Assembly (NCBI GenBank): GCA_964016885.1 | Contig: OZ024743.1 | Span: 279,310,001-279,374,000 of the forward strand | DNA length: 64,000 bases | Reading direction: 5' to 3' | From: Eledone cirrhosa | Taxonomy: Eukaryota | Part shown: positions 54,948 through 64,000 of the stretch, piece by piece | Layout of the letters: every line of letters begins with the position of its first letter | Numbering within the stretch: position 1 is the first letter of the stretch | The notes under the pieces: model-generated | The model's database searches: none | The model's input: only the letters and a program-made list of their open reading frames with translations | What the model was told of the DNA's origin: nothing | Translations under genes and position numbers: made by a program

Positions 54948-55250
54948 GATGCACATGGGGTTAGAGCATTGGCCTTGCAATCGAAAGGTTGTGAGTTCAA
55001 TACTCAGACCGGGTGATGTGTTTTTTTCCATGAGGAAGACACTTTATTTCACATTACTCCAGTTTACTCAGCTGTAGAAATGAGATGATAGGACTGGGGT
55101 CCCTATCATTCCACTGCAAAGTGGTTGTGGAGGTTCCACGGCAAAAATTGCATCCAGCACTCACTGTAAATGAGGTTGGTGTTAGGAAGGGAATCCAGCT
55201 GTAGAAATCAAGCCAGAATCAGTTCCCGTCCCACCCTTGCATGCAGGGAA
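54948..55250 (+). mobile_element. tRNA-derived SINE, CORE-like
   Basis: ggttagagc..gagttcaatac head; body tgaggaagacactttatttcacattactccag..actcagctgtagaaatgag. Confidence 0.65.
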
Positions 55251-55620
55251 AAGCGGTGCTTGCGAAGAATCCTTTGTGTGTCATTGCTCAGCCTAGTGCG
55301 AAACGAGGAAATCCTGCGGAGAGCTGAGTCGTGGATGTTGCAGAGGGTGGTCACCACGGAGAGCATGTGCCGCCTGGATGGCCATATTTTGCACCTGACC
55401 AACGAACGACACTCGAAAACAGCGGTGAAATGGACTGCACCTGGTGACAAACGGAAGCGGGACTGTCCCACGATCACCTGGCGACGCATTTTCCAAAAGA
55501 GACGACATAGTAGCCAGCATCACTTTGCATGGACAATAAAATGCCGTCGCTCATCGTGACTGTTGGTGACTACTTACTGATCGATGCGCAGATATGTGTG
55601 GAGGAATCTAAGACTAAGAA
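55250..55620 (+). mobile_element. RTE-like LINE 3' remnant
   Basis: RCLRRILCVS..VRNEEILRRA..LDGHILHL..AVKWTAPGDKRKRDCPTITWRR. Confidence 0.75.
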
Positions 55621-55665
55621 AAATACATACATACATACATACATACATAAATACATACATACATA

Positions 55666-56000
55666 CATGGTGGCTGCCAACTCGTTTTCGAGTACGGCCA
55701 CTACTTTATATCCATGTAGGAGAACCCCTACCGATGCGCTGAACGAGTGTGACTTTTTAGTCCAGCCAGTGACTTGAAAACTCTGGTTCAAACACTACAC
55801 TTGCGACAATTATTGACACATAGTGCTGGGCCCATGGTACCATGTGACGACAAGTGCAGAGAGATCTCCAGATATAAAGCAATGCCTGTGCCGTGAAGCT
55901 TTTATAGTGAGCAAAGGCACTGCACAAAGCCAGTCCCACTCTCTTAACCAAGATGATATTTACCAAAAAGAACAAGTCAACATCATTGGATACCATCAGG
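55666..56000 (-). mobile_element. LINE 3' end with zinc-finger tail; longer copy of 1786-1952
   Basis: Reverse complement of 1786-1952, with (TACA)n on +. Confidence 0.65.
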
Positions 56001-56479
56001 GTTGCATGTGTTATATAAGAGTTTTCCTTCTCCTAGAATTCTGCCTTGACAAAGACTAAGGGGTCATCTCTCCTGGTGATTTTGGATGGCCATTGACTCT
56101 TAAGAGCTCCTTTGTCCTTTGACAGGTTTTGTTTTTAGTCTTGCAGGATGTCCAAAGTCACCCTCCTCACCAAGAAACCTTGGTAGGGTTGCCAGTTTAG
56201 TCGCCAACGACCCGACCATGGGACAGGTTGTACAGGGATACATGTTACCATACATACATACATACATACATACATACATACATACATACATACATACATA
56301 CATACATACATACATACATACATACATACATACATACATACGTACGTACGTATGCGAAACATCAACAAGGAAAATCAACACAGGGGAATGATACGGTGCA
56401 ATGAAGATATAAAATATTTTAACGTTTAATATATAAGAATGTGATTTTTCATGTTTCGGTCATCAGTCCTTCATCAGTA

Positions 56480-57100
56480 GATATTGTCGTGGAGTTTGAT
56501 GTACCCTCTCCATTCAACAAGTCTCACAAGTAACAAGACGGTTTCACGCTTTCCATTTTCACACAACTCCCAAGATCCAGCATAACATTGTCTCAGCCTC
56601 TAGTTCTCTTGAGACACAATTAACACTTAAAATTAGCTGCGACATTATCTAATAATCCCTTCAGACAACTACATATTCCATGTACCATGACAATGCATAT
56701 CATATCATGAATTTAGTGCAGTTTATACCAACATTCTTCATGCACACTGCACATGGCAATCTTCCTGTTCTATTCCTCTCAAAGATCTATTCTTCTCAAA
56801 AAAAGCTTTCTCAATTCTCATCAACATCGATATTCCAAACTTCGCGCTCATACTTTTTGCCGCCATACATGCATTCAATCTATTCCTCTTCATCAGTCTA
56901 ACCAAACTCTCAGCTATTAACACCACGTCATCTGCATACAGCAACTCCTATGGAAAGACCTCCTTTACACTTCGAGTATGAATTTCCATCATGACTAGTT
57001 GTGTTAATACTGAACTCTGATGTACTCCAACCTTCACTTAAAAGTCATCACTGTTCCCGTTCTTCTTCCTTACATCTGTACGCTCATTCTCAGGCATTAT
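56480..57100 (-). mobile_element. RTE-like RT fragment
   Basis: FKVKVGVHQSSVL, ELLYADDVVLIAES. Confidence 0.7.
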
Positions 57101-57417
57101 CATCACTACTATAACCATCTATTCCCAAACTCCCAACAATCTCAATATATGTATGTAAGATTGTATGTATGTGTATGTTTGTATGTATGTATCTGTGCGT
57201 GTTTTGTTTTTTGTCCAAATCTCACTCCTCACCAAGTAAACTAGGTTTAGTCGCCGACGACCCGACCATCTGACAGGTTTTATTGAGTTACATGTTACCA
57301 GTACCACTAACTAGTGACCAGACACACACAAAACAAAACATGACAGAGGGCTGAAGAACTTAAAAGAGTCAACGGCCATCCAAAATGTGTAAATAGGTAT
57401 ATACATGCATGCATGTG

Positions 57418-57541
<124 letters not shown>

Positions 57542-58010
57542 TGTGTGTATGCGTGTGTATGTATATGCGCAGGGACATAGAAATAATTGGGCTGGATACA
57601 TGATTGTGCGGTTAAACCACTGGGAGTGAAGGACACCCTAGCCTTTGTCAAGGCATTCTTCTAGAAGAAGGCAACTCAGGAAACTGGGATAAGTCCGACA
57701 TAAAACCTGCGGCTCAGTAGTTACCGATGGTGTTGATCTTTTCTTATTTTCGGATTACAGCTACTGTCGCTCAGAGAGTTGGATTGGTTCAGTGCACAGC
57801 ATTTCCCCACTTTAAAAAATCTTTAGGTACAGGCATTGCACTATAGCATTAATTGATAATTATTAATAATGTTATATCGTGCAATGGCCAAACTCGATAA
57901 CGAGGGTGTAGTCATCATGTGTGCGTGCATGCATGTATTTATGTTTGTACGTCTGAATGTATACATGCAGGTATATATGTATGTATGTATATGCATATAC
58001 ATACACACAC

Positions 58011-58111
<101 letters not shown>

Positions 58112-58430
58112 GCTGTTATTGTGAATATGTGTGTATCTATCTGGTGTGTTTGAAGGTATGAAACATATCGAGTGCGATAAGACATAAAGTACAACATTGA
58201 TACGAACAGTCCTTGGTTGAAAGTCATGTCAGTGGGGTAAATATTTAAACTCAAAGAATCACTTACTAATCTTCTAATATTTCACATCTTTGATAAGACT
58301 TTTATTATTTGTTGTAGAATAAGCAAACCTTACGTTCATTGGTAAAATGTTTTCTTGACACCCGTGTATTTTCCCCATCATTGAAAGCTATATTCTATGC
58401 AGGCATACGTATGCTTACATGTGTGTACAC

Positions 58431-58508
<78 letters not shown>

Positions 58509-58590
58509 TCTCTCTCTCGCCATCTCTGACACACACATACACAGTCTCTCTCTTTCTCTCTCACTCTCACTCTCTCAAGCACTGACTCTC

Positions 58591-58663
<73 letters not shown>

Positions 58664-59339
58664 CACACACACACACACTTATGTACGTATGTATGAATGT
58701 ATGTATGAATGTATGTATATATGTGTGTGTTTTTGTGTGTGAGTGTGTATGAATGTGTATATTTTGCGTGTAAAAATGCCAGTATGTTCGGAATCTAACC
58801 TTTTATTTATCTAAACGTAGAAAGCCAAATAACTGAAACAAACGTTTCTTCATTCGTTTATTTCACAAATATAACTGCAAAACAAACATTCCGCTTGACC
58901 AAAGCGATTAAACCCCATTGTATAAATCGAGTGAGTCTTAAACCATCAAGGCATCGTTGAGGTCTGCGGCGGAAATGCTGGCAGACTAACTTATACCTCG
59001 CAGAAGAACCCTAAGAGCGTTTGCGAATGTGCAGAATAGGTATCTCCCGTTCCTCAATGCTGCATGGAAAGATGGAGTGAAAATTTAATTCAGAGTGTTC
59101 ACTTTTTTCCCACCGTGCCACACTGTATTTGTCTGAAAATACAGTGGGGAAGTCTTAAATATTCAGCTACAGACAGAAACCAACACAAATAGAGAGTTTT
59201 TCTTTTTTTAATTCTGTAAAGATTCATTTTAAAACTTTGAGTAATTCAATCAACAAACTCACTGATAAAATGTGATTTCTAACTAGTTTATTCCTTTTAA
59301 TTATATCTTTCTTCTAATTAAGATTAAATAAGTAATTTT

Positions 59340-59960
59340 CTGTTTTCTTTCAATACGCGATCAGATGAATCATATACATAAAGAGAGATAGAGTAAGGCT
59401 CCAGCCACCCAGACAACATGACGCGCCAAATATTGAAGAACGTGATCAGACGGATATCTAGCCTCTCATCTACTAGACGGATTTTGACGCAGCTGCCCCT
59501 ACTATAATCACGCACCGCTCCTACAAGATCTTCAACAAAAATACAGTTAATGTAAGCTATAGCTACATCAATAATTATAGGATCACAAATCATGAACAAG
59601 CATATCACACAAACTATCAACACGTATTAGACATCCCGAGATTAGATGCCTGTCCAAAGAGCTCGTATATATAGCAGAGGTAAAGGAGAAAACTACATCT
59701 TACTGACCGGAAATAAATTTAAATCCCGCTTTTCTCAACACCTGTATACGTTCAATAACAGACATTTGGAGAATTCAACACCTCTCTCAAAATATATTTG
59801 GCAATTGAAAGACAACAGAAAGAAAAACGCTACTATCAAATGGAGTATTGTGGAAAATGGAGTATTGTTGCAATCTAAATATTCTAACTTCATCAACTAA
59901 CATCTTGAACTCTCGGGTAGAAACGTTGACCTGCTGCTTACACACAAAATATTCTGCTTG
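59340..59960 (+). pseudogene. Decayed Penelope-like C-terminal remnant of the same clade as the 11 kb and 17 kb elements
   Basis: SSHPDNMTRQILKNVIRRISSLS, KIFNKNTVNVSYS and YILLTGNKFKSRFSQHLYTF..STPLSKYIWQLKD. Confidence 0.8.
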
Positions 59961-60040
59961 TGTCGCTCCAAACCTATCTACTCACATGACTATACACCGA
60001 TAGCCCACTACCCACTAGATGACATTGTGTACTAATATAT

Positions 60041-60548
60041 TCAGGTGGCCAGGGAATTGGGCTATCTTTCTAATAACCAGTCTGAAAATATTTGATTTAG
60101 GAACACACAAACATGCAGTCCCCAATGTGGTAGTGCACCATCTTGCTGGAAAATGATGGTTGGTTGAAGGTCAGTCAAAAGGTCAAGGTAATTTCCTGAC
60201 GCCCTCCCCCCTCGTTCACCAGATATCACCCCCTGGACTTCTTTCTATGGGGTTATGTTAAATATATCGTGTATCAAACAAAGATACGAGACATCATTGA
60301 TCTAAAGCAAACGATAACTGATGCTATTGCCACCATTGATGAGACTATGCTACAGCGAACATGGCAAGAAATCGAGTACCGTCTTGATGTGCTTCGTGCA
60401 ACTAATGGTGCCCATATAGCGGTATATTAAATTAGTTGAAAAAAAATTCAATATCTACTTATCATTTTGTACCAATTTCCACATATCTGTTCATTTGCTT
60501 TTATAATAAATTATTTAAATTGTAAAGACACTTTATGGACACCCTGTA
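60041..60548 (+). mobile_element. Tc1/mariner-superfamily transposase remnant with right TIR; upstream part inverted
   Basis: + strand PPRSPDITPLDFFLWGYVK..NGAHI; - strand 60041-60180 IIFQQDGALPHW..IPWPP. Ends ..tttatggacaccctg-TA. Confidence 0.88.
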
Positions 60549-62412
60549 TATCATATGTCACATGACGTATAATATATTCCATAATTCCATATATACCATA
60601 TATTCCATAATCCCATATTCCATGACCTCCACATTCTGATATTCTTCTAATCCTTATATTTTATCTTACTTCATATTATGTTTATACTATTATAATATTT
60701 TTTCAATTTATTATTTTTTCAATTATTATTTCTTTATATTTGTATTTTAATTTTTTAATCTTTTAATTTTCTTTTCAAATTTTTAATTCTTTAATTTTTA
60801 ATTTCTTTCCTTCCATTTTGTCATTTTGTTATCTTTCCAACTTTCCAACTTTTCATCTTTTATTTCTACTTTCTCGTGTGCCATTTATTCAGCTTTTTCA
60901 TTTTTTCTTACTTCATATATTCTTTATACCTTATATCGTGACACCCACACAACCTGGCCACCTCCCCTATTATCAGCGTATATAATTTCATAATATATAT
61001 ATTCCCATAATCTCCTCTATATGTCATATAAGTTATATTAATACAACAGATATCTTATATATTTCACATATCCACTTAACACCAATATCATCCTGCAACA
61101 ACTCACTCATTCACTCATCACAGCTTCACCATCGGCATTATTATACATTCAACCGCCCTGAGGTATCAGAGTTTTCTACTTCATATTCTATAATAGTATA
61201 GTCCCGTAAACTTCATTGTATTAATTCTTTCATCTTAAATTACATCGCTTTATATTTTTCACTCATTCCCTCTATAGCAACACAATCACCGACGACACCA
61301 CCTTTATACCCCACCAGCCCCCATGCCACACTGATGGCACACCCACCCACCCAATGTATATATGTATACAACATTGGAGCGTGTTTATTCATATTCATAT
61401 CTGTTTGTATATATGCATGTGTTTGTGTGTGAGGGCATGTATTTATTTAGGTACGTGTGCGTGTCTTTTTGTGTATGCATATACGCATTTTGGATGTATA
61501 TATATGGGGTGGGGGTAATGTGTATTTGTGTATGCATGTGTATATTTTCATGTATATATATATATATATATATATATATGGGTGTGCATGTGTATATGTA
61601 TGTATATATATACATATATATATATATGTGTGTACATAAATATTCATATATATGTTTAAGTTTATATGCGTATATATGTATCTTGTATACGTATATGTAT
61701 ATATTTAAAAAATTGTTTATAATTTTTAAAGTATTTTTAAATATATTTTCAGGTACGTCTTTTTATATGTATGTTTGTGTCTACATATATATATTTATTT
61801 ACATTTATGTAAAAACCTGCGTATGTATATTTATTGCTTGTACGTTTATATGTGTGTTGTATATTTATGTATTTTTCTGTACATGTGTAATTGTATACAT
61901 ATGTATATTCTATCTACCATTTCATCCTGTCAATTGCACAACCATTTCACTAACTCGCTATACATCCACATTCACATTCATCAGCTGCATTCCACTGACT
62001 TGTTAACATTTTATCGCTATGTCCATCATTACCCATTATCATCTTCTTCACAAATACCTATCCACCACATACTGCCACCACCACACTGTCCATCCTATCA
62101 TACTTACACCAAAGGATTTAAAACCCATCACCCCCACCTCGAGTCTTACTTTATTCCTACAGTGTTAGCTTTTGAAACGTTAGTTCTTGTTCAATGAACC
62201 TTTGCTAAACAGTCACAACTCCAATGTAATACAACTCACTATTTAGTCTTAATAAATTGAATATATATATATAGAAAACCTCAAATAAAAAGTCAAGATT
62301 TGTTTCGATTTAACAGAGCAGAAAGAATTCGCGTCAGAATATTCCAACCAATCCAGCCTATATCAGCTGAATAAATATGTATATGGATATATATATATAT
62401 ACACACCCACAT

Positions 62413-62477
<65 letters not shown>

Positions 62478-62989
62478 TACATACACGCATGCATAACCAT
62501 TCTGTCGAGAGCTTTATTCGATTTGTGATATTTTGCATTCTCGCAATATCATACGCAACTGAATCATTCGCCTAATAGAGGTGTTGCCTCCCTTGCTGAA
62601 ACCCACGTGGGGTCAGTAATAGCCACACTATCTATAGCATTTTGGAGCAAAACCCGTTGATAACACGACTTCCTTGTTCATCATGTCACCAGAAGCCGAA
62701 CATTCTTTATGTAGGCGGACAGTACCTGATTTTGGAGTCGCAGAAACCAATACTGGATTTTACCATCAGTCCAGGGTCCGGGAAAGTATCAACACATATA
62801 TTTTTATTGTTTGACCCGAATTACTTGGTAGTTTGTTTTGGCTGTGCGGATGATATGTGTAACCATCATCTCAGTGTGTTTGGCCCTTAACGTATGTTGT
62901 AGCTCTGATTCACATGAATCATCGAGCGCTTGCCACACATATCGGACGTTGATTTTCGTTAATTCCTGAGCTGAAAACGATTCTCGCTA

Positions 62990-63039
<50 letters not shown>

Positions 63040-63329
63040 AGTGTAACTTGGAGTTACTGTATGTTCACCCCGGTGAGCACTCGATGTTCAGGTTCACTTC
63101 TGTATCGAGGTGTAGAGCTATACAAAGTGTATTATATTGAAAAGATAACAATTGTAAAGTCGGGTAAGATAGGTACAGATCGAACCTTGGGCTCATCAGT
63201 GGCGAAACACGCGTCACCTACCAATAAATGTAATGAAGAAGAATCCAATCGTCCTTGTTATCTTATATATATATATATATATATACATGAGATAACAAGG
63301 ACGATTGGATTCTCCTATATATATATATA

Positions 63330-63510
63330 TAGGAACGAGTAGGACCCCGACGGCTGAGCTCAAGCCGTTTCGACGGCTAATTATGGACTGAATCAGCCGT
63401 CGAAACGGCTTGAGCGCAGCCGTCGGGGTCCTACTCGTTCCTATTACCCACTCTACTACCCTTAGTATTGAGTACTTTGGTCCACCTCGTTCCTTACCAC
63501 ATTTCCTTCG

Positions 63511-63512
<2 letters not shown>
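63330..63512. repeat. Second copy of the 32 kb hairpin element (hairpin 63330-63443), opposite orientation, between (TA)n tracts
   Basis: Same arms and the same tail (ttacccactctactaccc..agtattgagtactttgg..ccttaccacatttccttcgtta). Confidence 0.9.
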
Positions 63513-63566
<54 letters not shown>

Positions 63567-64000
63567 GAACACTGATGGGTTATATCCGTAGCACTAGAGC
63601 ACTAAATCCATGGGACGGGTGTGATAGAAGTAGTTCCACAACAGTCAATTCACCATTTCCGAAAACAATTGTTTCACCTTATTCGGATCATCAGGTCGGT
63701 TTAAATGAGTTTGTACGGAAAAGGAAAAAAAATTGTACGAATACGCATGTGCAGAAACAGTCACTTCCCAGGGGGCAGGTAACCCACATAGGATCGGAGC
63801 AGAGAGACAACTGAGGATACTCAGAATAAAAATAAATTATTCATGTTATTCAGTCCAGAAAATTATTGATTGTTAATGTTAGTCAATCTGGAGCATTGTA
63901 ATTACGTAATGGGTCTTTCCAGACGTGTGGATAATGCGAAAAAAGTTCATTGCTTGAATTTAGACAAGCACTATTATGCACATTTTCATGATATTGATTC

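Noticed and set aside
63170-63225. ctcatcag plus cgaaac near each other, suggesting a hammerhead
   Set aside because: The two core halves are on opposite strands. The minus strand looks more like a decayed tRNA-derived head (ggttcgatc).

Overview
AT-rich, microsatellite-saturated eukaryotic (animal) DNA. The (TA)n/(CA)n/(TG)n compounds and the tRNA-SINE style suggest a coleoid cephalopod such as Octopus, but that is inference only. No host protein-coding gene is supportable, and most ORFs in the track are translated microsatellite. The window is mainly decayed mobile DNA: at least four Penelope-like elements (RT plus C-terminal GIY-YIG; one is a ~707-codon ORF with a single nonsense codon), RTE-, CR1- and Tx1/L1-like LINE remnants, a Helitron helicase remnant, a Tc1/mariner remnant and many tRNA-SINEs. 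The main unexplained signal is a set of about a dozen minimal type I hammerhead ribozyme (HHR) motifs and about a dozen fold-back palindromes (45 bp to 1.8 kb), mostly abutting (TA)n tracts. In several unrelated families the fold-back turn or truncation point lies at the CUGANGA/stem II junction of the hammerhead. This points to a ribozyme-anchored snap-back or template-switch process acting on Penelope termini. All structures were read by eye; no searches or folding programs were run.
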